In this document: piece by piece, positions 56,513 to 64,000 of the stretch
Layout of the letters: every line of letters starts with the position of its first letter
Numbering within the stretch: the first letter of the stretch is position 1
Virus record (IMG/VR): IMGVR_UViG_3300017971_000207
Coordinates: 64,001 to 128,000 of that record
DNA length: 64,000 nucleotides
Source of the DNA: a virus
Reading direction: 5' to 3' (one strand)
Made by a program: the position numbers and the translations under genes
The notes under the pieces: model-generated
What the model was told of the DNA's origin: nothing
The model's input: only the letters and a program-made list of their open reading frames with translations
Database searches by the model: none

Positions 56513-56863
56513 TCAGTCGATCTTCCTAGGTACATCGACGCCCACAGAGCGGGGAAGGCCCCCGTAGGCGCGGATCAAAGCGAGGGCAGCGTCAAAGGCT
56601 GTGGAGACCTCGTGGGTTCCACCGGCGAGTGAGCCCGCCTCTACGAGGAACGGCTCGCCGTAGCCCTCGCGAGTGATGTGGCAACCCCACACCGAGACTG
56701 AGCCGCCGTCGCAGGCATAGTCCTCGATGATGGTTGCAAGCCCCATCACGGGGCACGAGCCCGAGTGAATGCTCCGGGAGCCGACCCAGCGCTGGCCGTC
56801 GTCGGAGGCGTGAAGGCTGGGGTCGTAGGGGTGGGGGGCGGTCTGGTCGACGGTCAAGGTCAT
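56513..56863 (-). CDS. Hypothetical early protein
   Basis: AAGGAG RBS. Confidence 0.55.
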   Translation of the reverse strand: MTLTVDQTAPHPYDPSLHASDDGQRWVGSRSIHSGSCPVMGLATIIEDYACDGGSVSVWGCHITREGYGEPFLVEAGSLAGGTHEVSTAFDAALALIRAYGGLPRSVGVDVPRKID

Positions 56864-56965
56864 GTGTTGCTCCTTCGAGATTCGGTCCTAACAAGCGTTG
56901 CCCGTGCTAGAGGTCAGCCCCCACGGGCAGGGGCTCTCGGGCCTCTACAGGCCCACCAGGCGCCG

Positions 56966-57658
56966 CTATGCAGCCTTCTGGCCGGGGAGGGTGGAGATCC
57001 CCTTGGTGCCGATGACCGCCATGCCGGGGAAGGTGTCCGAGAGGGCAGCCCACAGCTCTTTGCGGCTTTTGAGCGCAATATAGCGGCCCTTGGGAACGCG
57101 CACGCCCTGGACCTCGGTCTTGCCGTCGGCCCATCGGCGCCAGACCTTATGAGCCTTGAGCGCCTCGTTGAGCTCGGGGCTATAGGGGGTGGTGAGCTTG
57201 AGGCACGGCCCAAAGTCGGGGTGCTCGCTGGCCTCGACCTTAAGCGCGCCAGCGTTGGTGGTGATACGCTTGGCAAGCTTGTGGTAGCCAAGGGCGAAGA
57301 TGATGGCCGCAAGGGCGTACACCTTGACAGTGCCCTGCACTAACGCGCAAGCGTAGGTCAAGGCATTGCAAGCCTTGCGGGCGTCGCCTGCAACGATCGC
57401 AACGGGGCCGCCCGGACCTGCGACCGAGCCAGACTCCAGCTCCTTGTCCAGGAGCACAGAGGCCGTGGCCCAGTCAGCCTCCACACAGGGGACCTTGTAG
57501 CCGTGCTTGCGCCGGCACACAGGACCTACGCCCGTCTCCACCGACGCCGCGTCCACGAGCTCCTTGCCGCAGCAGGCGCAGTTGGAGGCCAACATGGCGC
57601 AGGCGGGGGACTGGGTGTAATCGGAAGCGGCGGCGGTGTGGGCGGTGGTCTTGGTCAT
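56966..57658 (-). CDS. DUF6011-like Zn-finger protein
   Basis: CACCGKELVDAASVETGVGPVC. Confidence 0.7.
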   Translation of the reverse strand: MTKTTAHTAAASDYTQSPACAMLASNCACCGKELVDAASVETGVGPVCRRKHGYKVPCVEADWATASVLLDKELESGSVAGPGGPVAIVAGDARKACNALTYACALVQGTVKVYALAAIIFALGYHKLAKRITTNAGALKVEASEHPDFGPCLKLTTPYSPELNEALKAHKVWRRWADGKTEVQGVRVPKGRYIALKSRKELWAALSDTFPGMAVIGTKGISTLPGQKAA

Positions 57659-57681
57659 CGTGTGCTCTCCTCGTTGCGTCG

Positions 57682-57750
57682 TTGTGAGTATATAATACAC
57701 ACCCACCCCCACCCTGTCAAGGGTGTGTGTATCTTTTACTCACTTTTTTT
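57682..57750 (-). promoter_or_regulatory. Repeated early promoter (copy 4)
   Basis: TTGACA-17-TATTAT plus GTGTGTATCTTTTACTCAC. Confidence 0.85.
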
Positions 57751-57799
57751 CAAACGTGGGGGTCGGGGCAACGATAATGGGGACTTAGCCCGAGCGACC

Positions 57800-58537
57800 T
57801 CAGTCCAGGAGGTACTGGCGGATGTCCGAGATCAGATTCCACACGCTCCACTTGTTGGAGGCGTAGCGCAGGCGATCTTCGATCGTCCCCTCCTCGGGCA
57901 GCTGCCAGCCGAGGTTGAGCCGCGACAGCACGGCGTCTACGCGCTCTGCAGCTGCCTGTAGGTCGGCCTCCTGGGCCACTAGGGTCTTGGGGTCCTTGGA
58001 GGTCCGAAAGGCCCGCAGGGCGTCTCCTACGGCCAGCACGTCGGCTTTAATCTCGGATACCCAGGAGGCCGGGAGCTGGCTGTCGTCGGCCTCAAAGATG
58101 GCGTCGTACGCCTCGATGATGTCGCGGGCCCAGCGGAGGTACTTGGCCGGCTTGAGGCTCTCGTAAGAGCTCTCAAAGGGGAGGGCGTAGGCGAAGCTCT
58201 CCTCGAAGTCGTACGCGTCCACGCGCGCCTGGGCAAGCTGCGGGTTGGCGAGCACGCGCTCGTACTCACCTCGACCTAGCCCTATGACGTGAGCCAGGAG
58301 GTCCGAGAAGCTGTCGTCTCCGAGCCCTTCGACCACCGGGCCGATGGCCTTGGACAGACGCCCCTCCAGCACGTGGAAGGTCCCCCGCAGCGCGACGGCC
58401 TGCGCCCGGTCGAGCTCCCGCAGGAGCCGCTTCTCAATCACCTTGTAGTCTGTGGTCTCGGTGCCCCAGCCGAGGGGCTCGGTGGTGCTCCAGAAGCGGG
58501 TGATGGCGGCGGGGGATGCTGGGTCGGTCTTGGTCAT
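57800..58537 (-). CDS. DUF4240-like protein
   Basis: RFW...LGDDSFSDLLAHVIGLGRGEYE...EESFAY. Confidence 0.65.
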   Translation of the reverse strand: MTKTDPASPAAITRFWSTTEPLGWGTETTDYKVIEKRLLRELDRAQAVALRGTFHVLEGRLSKAIGPVVEGLGDDSFSDLLAHVIGLGRGEYERVLANPQLAQARVDAYDFEESFAYALPFESSYESLKPAKYLRWARDIIEAYDAIFEADDSQLPASWVSEIKADVLAVGDALRAFRTSKDPKTLVAQEADLQAAAERVDAVLSRLNLGWQLPEEGTIEDRLRYASNKWSVWNLISDIRQYLLD

Positions 58538-58633
58538 GGTGTGCTCCTAGCGTGTGGTTGCTGGTCTCTCTAACGCCTTAAGCCCGAGGCCAGCTAAGAC
58601 TCTCGGGCGGAGGCAACGACCACGTGGTCGTTG

Positions 58634-58933
58634 CTACGCGGCGATCTTGATGTCGTGCGCCTGGAGGTCGAGGGCCTGGAGGTCCGAGAGCAGCTGGTGC
58701 TCCACGAAGAGCGCGCGGATAGCCGCGAGGCTGCCCTTCTCGACCAGCACCAGGCCAACCTCCTCAAACTTATGCACCTGGACGCCGAGGGCCTGGAGGT
58801 CCGAGAGCAGACCGTGCTCATCAGCCAGCGCACGGATGGCCGGGAGCGCGGAGGCGCTCAGAAAGACCCACTGCTCGTAGTCTGAGGTTAGGTTCAGGGT
58901 GGCGGTCTCAAGGTCGATGGTCAGGGTGGTCAT
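58634..58933 (-). CDS. Hypothetical protein with an internal duplication
   Basis: AIRAL..EH.LLSDLQAL occurs twice. Confidence 0.6.
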   Translation of the reverse strand: MTTLTIDLETATLNLTSDYEQWVFLSASALPAIRALADEHGLLSDLQALGVQVHKFEEVGLVLVEKGSLAAIRALFVEHQLLSDLQALDLQAHDIKIAA

Positions 58934-58956
58934 GTGTGTTGCTCCTCGTTGCTACG

Positions 58957-59028
58957 TTGTGTGTATAACTTACTCACTTTCGACCAGCTGTCAACCCTTG
59001 TGAGTAACTTTTTCTCGCTTTTCTTTTT
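58957..59028 (-). promoter_or_regulatory. Repeated early promoter (copy 5)
   Basis: TTGACA-16-TAAGTT plus GTGAGTAACTTTTTCTCGC. Confidence 0.8.
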
Positions 59029-59116
59029 CGGTTGAGGGATCGCTCGTATTAACAACCACTTACGGCGGCGCTCTCGGGCCTGCTGGTGGAGTAGCGCGGG
59101 CCCGAGAGCGCGGAGG

Positions 59117-59671
59117 CTACATCTCGTCGATGGCCGACTCGGGGCAGGACTCGGGACCCCAATCACGGATTGAGGGCTGAGTCTCTGGGCAAGGCTCCTC
59201 ACCGTCGTCGCAGCAGCCCGAGAGCCAGTCGGTGTGCGACTCCTCGGTCAGCTCTGGCACGACCACGAGCTTAGGTGCTGGAGCGGCCTTGGGGGCCGAG
59301 GTGGGCTTGTTGACCTCCCGCATGTAGGCGGTGTGGAGGTTGCGCACGCGGCGCCGCGTGGCCACGTAGCAAGCCCGCAGCTCAGTAAGCTCTGCCAGCA
59401 GCTCGGCTGGCGCCTCCGCGCCCAGAGCATCGGCAGCCTCACGGAGGTCACGGCCCACAGCCTCAAGGTCCGTCAGGCGAACCCGCACGAAGGAGAGGCT
59501 CTGGCGCAGGGCCTCCTCCTTGGTCGGCTCCAGCTTGGTGCCCTCACACCGATAGCAGACCCCACCGTCCGGGCGCCACCACTCAGGGCGACGACCTTTG
59601 CCCTGGCAACGGACACAGGGCTTACGGTCGGAGGTGGTGTGAGAGACGGTGTGGGCGGTGGCGTTGGTCAT
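59117..59671 (-). CDS. DnaJ-type Zn-finger/coiled-coil protein
   Basis: CVRCQGKG...GVCYRCEGT. Confidence 0.65.
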   Translation of the reverse strand: MTNATAHTVSHTTSDRKPCVRCQGKGRRPEWWRPDGGVCYRCEGTKLEPTKEEALRQSLSFVRVRLTDLEAVGRDLREAADALGAEAPAELLAELTELRACYVATRRRVRNLHTAYMREVNKPTSAPKAAPAPKLVVVPELTEESHTDWLSGCCDDGEEPCPETQPSIRDWGPESCPESAIDEM

Positions 59672-59694
59672 TGTGCGATCTCCTTGCTGCGTCG

Positions 59695-59762
59695 TTGTGA
59701 GTATAAGATACACACTCCAGACGATCCTGTCAAGAAGAGTGAGTAACTTTTTCTCACTTTTT
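59695..59762 (-). promoter_or_regulatory. Repeated early promoter (copy 6)
   Basis: TTGACA-17-TATCTT plus GTGAGTAACTTTTTCTCAC; near-identical to copy 1. Confidence 0.85.
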
Positions 59763-59806
59763 CGGCGCAGTGTTAAGATCGTGAGACCTTACGCGCACTT
59801 AGCGAG

Positions 59807-60136
59807 CTAGTGTGGTGGGGGTAGGCGCTCCTCATGCCAGGTGGGGTAGAGCTGGCCCGAGAGCACCGAAGCTAACCTCCGTGCGTCCTTCCTGGCCTGA
59901 GAAAGGCTCCTAAAGCGTCGAGGGCCTTCGGCGGGCACGCGCACCCCTGGGATAGCTCGGGGACCTTGTGGGCTAACCTCGTGCACGAGACGAGCACGGA
60001 CGGTGTAGGTCCAGCCGACAGCTAGGGGCTCCTGTCGGACCTCGACCGTCCAGCGCTCGGCACGTCGCCAAGTGGCCGGGCGTAGCGAGCTATCCCACCG
60101 AGCCGGGGCGTCCACGGTTAGGCGGGTGCGGAGCAC
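59807..60136 (-). CDS. Hypothetical protein
   Basis: Operonic; GGAGG RBS. Confidence 0.5.
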   Translation of the reverse strand: MLRTRLTVDAPARWDSSLRPATWRRAERWTVEVRQEPLAVGWTYTVRARLVHEVSPQGPRAIPGVRVPAEGPRRFRSLSQARKDARRLASVLSGQLYPTWHEERLPPPH

Positions 60137-60357
60137 GGGCTACCCTCCCGACGGTAGATAAAGCCTGAGCCATACGGGACCGCCTTCAGCCCGAGGTCCA
60201 GCAGCCGCTTCCCAATACCCGAGAGGGCTCCGTGGGCTGGGCTGTTTAGGAGCAGGGCGGAGGCTCCCCCCGCCTTGGTCCACTGCCAATCCTCCCATTC
60301 CTCCAGCTGCTCTGCCGCCAGGGCGGCCAAGGCTCGCATTATAGTCTCTCTGTCCAT
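60118..60357 (-). CDS. Hypothetical protein, paralogue of 60339-60662
   Basis: EDWQW...H..LS.IG..L..LGL...YG.G..Y. Confidence 0.6.
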   Translation of the reverse strand: MDRETIMRALAALAAEQLEEWEDWQWTKAGGASALLLNSPAHGALSGIGKRLLDLGLKAVPYGSGFIYRREGSPCSAPA

Positions 60358-60662
60358 CTGTCTGTTCTCCTGTGATGATGATCGGGCCTCGGTGCTGGGC
60401 AGCAGGGAGGCTCGGGGTGGTAGTACACGTAGCCCATGCCATAGTCGTCCACTCGGAGCCCCAGAGCGCAGAGCTCCCGGCCGATGTCCGACAGACCGTC
60501 ATGGTCAAGGTCAAAAAGCTCGATTGCCTCCCGCCGGGACAGCCAGAAGAGCTTGGACTCGTAGTGATAGGTGATCCACTGCCAATCCTCCCCCTCCACA
60601 AGGCCGGCAGCCTCAAGGGCGTTCAGGGTAGCAGCGCGGGTGCCGGGACTCAGCTTAGTCAT
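60339..60662 (-). CDS. Hypothetical protein
   Basis: AGGAGG RBS; paralogous to its neighbour. Confidence 0.6.
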   Translation of the reverse strand: MTKLSPGTRAATLNALEAAGLVEGEDWQWITYHYESKLFWLSRREAIELFDLDHDGLSDIGRELCALGLRVDDYGMGYVYYHPEPPCCPAPRPDHHHRRTDRWTERL

Positions 60663-60665
60663 CTC

Positions 60666-60902
60666 TCAGACCTCCTTGCAAGCCACCCAAAGGCTCGGGC
60701 TCCAGATGTGGTCTGGCTGATACGCGCCGGTCCGCTCCCGCCACTCCTTGAAGGCGCGGAGCTCAGGCTCATGGCGGCAACCGCCGCACTCTGTCCGCCC
60801 GCAATAGGCTGACTGACAGTGGGCGGGGTACCAGCGCTCCTCGGGAGCACGCCGGCGAGCCTCTCGGGCTTTGATCTGAGCTTTGATGTGGTCGTTTAGC
60901 AT
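60666..60902 (-). CDS. Small Cys-rich protein
   Basis: CQSAYCGRTECGGC. Confidence 0.55.
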   Translation of the reverse strand: MLNDHIKAQIKAREARRRAPEERWYPAHCQSAYCGRTECGGCRHEPELRAFKEWRERTGAYQPDHIWSPSLWVACKEV

Positions 60903-60982
60903 GGATCGTTGTCGGTTAAGGTGTGGTTAGACGTAACTGTCGGACAATAGGGATCGGCCCCCCAAGCGCGACCACGTGGTCG

Positions 60983-61294
60983 CTACCTGAGATACCCCAC
61001 CCCGTAGCGGCTCATGTTGCCCCAGCTGCTGGGGTCGTAGATGTTCCCACGGGAACCCTTAGCTGGCCCCTTCCACCCCCTCGGCTTGAGCACCGTGCCG
61101 TCGTCCTTGCGGACGAAACAGTAGACCGAGCGGCCCGACGAGGACCCGTGGGGGTCTTTGAATACGCGTACATAGCGCGGCCCGGCGGTCGTCCCAAGCG
61201 TGTCGGGCTTGAGCGATGGGTGGTTGTAGCCAAGCCCCAAGGACTCGATGTGGCGGATGAAGGCGGATAGGGCTGTGCTGAAGTCGTTGGTCAT
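60983..61294 (-). CDS. Phage hypothetical protein
   Basis: YVRV...SVYCFV..DGTVLKP.GWKGPAKGSRGNI. Confidence 0.65.
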   Translation of the reverse strand: MTNDFSTALSAFIRHIESLGLGYNHPSLKPDTLGTTAGPRYVRVFKDPHGSSSGRSVYCFVRKDDGTVLKPRGWKGPAKGSRGNIYDPSSWGNMSRYGVGYLR

Positions 61295-61664
61295 GGTTGG
61301 TCTCGTTGCGTTGGTTGACGGCGGCTGTGAGCTGTGGTAGGGTCGAGGACCTCTGTCAAGAGAGGTCCTCGGGGGGCAGACTAGGCGCGGAGGTGGTCAA
61401 AGCAGCACGGGCAGATGTGAGCGCCGGGCCCGAGCTGCTCCCCCTCACGCTTCCCACACTCGTCGCAGGGATGGGTAGGGGAGGTCAGGGTTAGGGGGAG
61501 CACGCGGACCACGAAAGGTTCGCGGGTCGGGTGAGCCTGCGCCACGCGGGCTGCAGCCGCGGCGTAGGAGGGATAGCCCCCGCGGCTAAGGCCGCACAGA
61601 ACGTGCGGGCCAAGGGTGCCGGCGGCTCGGTCTGCTCTACACATGTAGTAATACATTTACCTAT

Positions 61665-61726
61665 AAGATACCCACTAGTCTGACGATTGTCAAGGAAAGT
61701 GAGTACGTTTTCCGCACTTTTCTTTT
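61665..61726 (-). promoter_or_regulatory. Repeated early promoter (copy 7)
   Basis: TTGACA-17-TATCTT plus GTGAGTACGTTTTCCGCAC. Confidence 0.8.
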
Positions 61727-61998
61727 TCCTAATGATTCCGCATAGTGTTGTTAGGTGCCATCGCCGCGCGCGCGCACACGCGCGAGGGGGGTTGATCTGC
61801 GTCGAGATCACTAAACCTCCTCGCAAACCTCCCCCAAGCCTCCCGGATGGCGCGCACAGAACCTCCACCTCCCCTCGACGGGGACGGCTCGTGCTGCCCC
61901 GAGAATCGATTCTAACGCGCCCTCGTGCTCGGGCAGGGCTGAGGGTGTCCGAGAGCCTCGCCCGGCTCCTGGAGGTGTCCTCGGCCGAGTATGGGGCC

Positions 61999-62292
61999 TT
62001 ACGGCTCTGCTGGGGCCGAAGCCTCTTCCTTCTTCGTGGGAGGCCGCAGCGCGAACCTAGCCGCTAGGGCCATCTCGCGGATCTCCTCTCTACCCTCCCG
62101 CAACGCCGGCACCGAGTTAAGCCAGTTGTGCAGCGTCTTTCGCTCGATCCCCAGATCTCGGGCCGCCGGCGCAGCCATACCGCGATGCTCCCTAAGCGCC
62201 CCAAGCACCTCCGCTAACGCCGCCGGGTCCCCCAACCTCAAACGCGCTCCAAGAATCCGAGTCCGATCTCTGCTCATCTGTCCCTCACTCAT
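61999..62292 (-). CDS. Fis-like HTH protein
   Basis: ALREHRGMAAPAARDLGIERKTLHNWL; own TTGACG-17-TATACT promoter. Confidence 0.75.
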   Translation of the reverse strand: MSEGQMSRDRTRILGARLRLGDPAALAEVLGALREHRGMAAPAARDLGIERKTLHNWLNSVPALREGREEIREMALAARFALRPPTKKEEASAPAEP

Positions 62293-62634
62293 GTTGATCT
62301 CCCGATGTTGTGGGTAACTACTTCTCAGTATAACCAGGGAGCCCCTCCTCGTCAACAGCAGCAGCTCCGCAGCCCAGCCCCACAGCAGCCGCCCGAAAAG
62401 CTCCCTCTAACCACGATCGTCTCCCACCCCCGTGCGAAACTCCCCAGACCCTATCGAGGCCGCCAGCTCCCGAAACTCCCATAACACCACTGGCGCCGCG
62501 CTCGCCCGAAACTCCCTTAGATAAGAGGGCTTAGGGAGTTTCGCACGTGTCCGAGAGGCCAGACCTCCTAGGGAGCTTTAGGGGGGACCCCCCCCTCCCC
62601 CATCGCCTAGGGAGTTTGCAAAGGCGGCAAAAAA

Positions 62635-62745
62635 GCCCTGCCTGTGAGGGCCTGTGAGGCCCTGCCTGTGAGGGCCTGTGAGGCCCTGCCTGTGAGGGCC
62701 TGTGAGGCCCTGCCTGTGAGGGCCTGTGAGGCCCTGCCTGTGAGG
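62635..62745. repeat. 24-bp tandem repeat, ~4.6 copies
   Basis: Unit GCCCTGCCTGTGAGGGCCTGTGAG; nine GCCTGTGAGG sub-units. Confidence 0.95.
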
Positions 62746-63231
62746 CGCGCGCTGTAAAGGAAGGAGGAGACGGGGAGCCCAGGAGGAGGGCGGGTAGGTG
62801 TCTGGTCAAGGCTCGCGACCCACGATCCGAGCACACCTCGGCGCCGACGGCGACCATATTGTCCCGTAATTGTTAGCTTTTTCGTGGTCTGTTGGTAAGC
62901 TTAATACGCAGGGAGGCAGCAGGCAAGGATCTCAAGGGGGGCAGGATGGGCGGGGCTGGTGGCTGGATGGGGGTCTTGTAGGCAGCGGATGGGGCCGAGT
63001 AGATGGGGGAGGGGGGCAGCTGAGATCTACTAGGGGGGTGAGAGGGGAGGGGGGCTATGGTAGAGTGCTGGGAGGCTTTAGACATACCTGACGAGCACCG
63101 GCAGTGGAGGCCGAGCGGGGCCACACGGGAGAGAGGTTAAGATGAGGAGCAGAGGAGCGAGAGCAGCAGCAGCGCGACGAGGGGGTAGGCGTAAGGGCGA
63201 GGGGGAGCTACGGCGAGGCTGTGAGGAGCCT

Positions 63232-64000
63232 ATGGGGTGTGAGGCTCGGTGGCTGTCCGAGAGGTATCTCCGACGGTGGGGGGCAGGCGGATGGGGGGAG
63301 CTAGCCGAGACGGTGGGGGTAACGGCCTCTGTGCCGGTGGGGTTGGGCGCGCTGGGTCACTCTGCGGACGAGTGGGCGGCTAGTGGAGGCTGGGACGAGT
63401 GGGTTGATGATGACGAGGGGGAGGGGTGTGCTGAGTGTGGGGACAAGGAGGGGGTAGAGGAGGCAGGCGAGGGGGGCGACGAGGCTGAGTATGATGAGGA
63501 TTGCAGCTGCTTTGATGACGTAGGGGGCTGTGCGGATTGTGAGGAGGGGCTGTCGGTTGGGGGTCGAGATGGGGGAGGACTGTTCGAGGCTGGGGGGGTA
63601 TCTGGTCCTGAGACACCGGCGGTGCTGTCGAAGATAGGGGCGTATGTCCGGTCACATCAGAAGGACCCGATGATGGTGGCCATCAAGATCAAGCCGGGGG
63701 GCAAGGCGAAGCTGCTGGGGACGCTCAAGAAGGCTGGGTTTGACGTTGACGAGCTTGAGACGATGAGCACGGGGCAGCGCTTCATCGTGTTCATGAGCAA
63801 GAAGGAGCTGGCGCAGCTAGCCTCTGGGGTGAAGCCGAAGAAGGGTGCGGGGCCCGCCAAAAAGGGGGCGCGGGGGCCGAAGGGGGCGGCAGCAGCAGGC
63901 AAGGGGGAGGACCTGCCGAAGGCCCTTTCGGGCATAGGGGCCTATCTACGGCCTCACATGAAGGACAAGTCTAAGGCCACGATCAAGATTGATGCCAAGA
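63232..64000 (+). CDS. Partial ORF: acidic N-terminal region, then Lys-rich repeated domains
   Basis: The frame is open from 63064 to the window end. Repeat LSKIGAYVRSHQKD / LSGIGAYLRPHMKD. Start (63142 or 63232) uncertain. Confidence 0.6.
   Translation, partial: MGCEARWLSERYLRRWGAGGWGELAETVGVTASVPVGLGALGHSADEWAASGGWDEWVDDDEGEGCAECGDKEGVEEAGEGGDEAEYDEDCSCFDDVGGCADCEEGLSVGGRDGGGLFEAGGVSGPETPAVLSKIGAYVRSHQKDPMMVAIKIKPGGKAKLLGTLKKAGFDVDELETMSTGQRFIVFMSKKELAQLASGVKPKKGAGPAKKGARGPKGAAAAGKGEDLPKALSGIGAYLRPHMKDKSKATIKIDAK

Noticed and set aside
62635-62745. Possible CRISPR array
   Set aside because: Head-to-tail repeats with no unique spacers and no cas genes.
62531-62857. ORFs translating the tandem repeat (SQAGPHRP / ASQALTGR repeats)
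   Set aside because: A by-product of a stop-free 24-bp unit; no RBS or coding character.
1-64000. Alternative genetic code (stop-codon reassignment)
   Set aside because: Long conserved genes are intact in code 11, and TAG, TGA and TAA all terminate genes at sensible positions.

Overview
This is a 64 kb GC-rich segment of a large dsDNA bacteriophage genome. No capsid, portal, terminase or tail genes are recognisable, and there is no rRNA, tRNA or CRISPR array. The left part (minus strand) is a replication/recombination module: RecA-like (partial), tandem-MerR regulator, SF2 helicase, SSB, primase, DnaB, a DnaC-like loader, and an initiator-like gene with palindromic iterons. It is followed by a MoxR AAA+/vWA pair and a family-4 UDG. 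The middle holds a plus-strand membrane protein/lipoprotein/papain-like protease cluster, an RHH-HNH cassette, class II RNR, a 2H phosphoesterase, RNase HII, a Tyr-phosphatase, UvrD, HADs, thymidine kinase and an ATP-grasp protein. The right part is an early-type region of small minus-strand genes driven by repeated sigma70-like promoters with a conserved inverted repeat, ending near a 24-bp tandem array. Ten inteins lie in six genes. The most notable observations are: (1) a MoxR intein whose middle encodes a complete endonuclease-like protein in the +1 frame while the intein frame stays open; (2) eight otherwise largely unrelated proteins sharing N-terminal leaders that end in [L/I]xE, a candidate capsid-targeting/processing system; (3) a doubly intein-interrupted papain-family protease in a lysis-like cassette; (4) an HNH cassette that appears to carry a recoded replacement 3' end for the gene it invaded; and (5) several families of dispersed palindromic elements. 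All calls come from manual motif reading; no searches were run.
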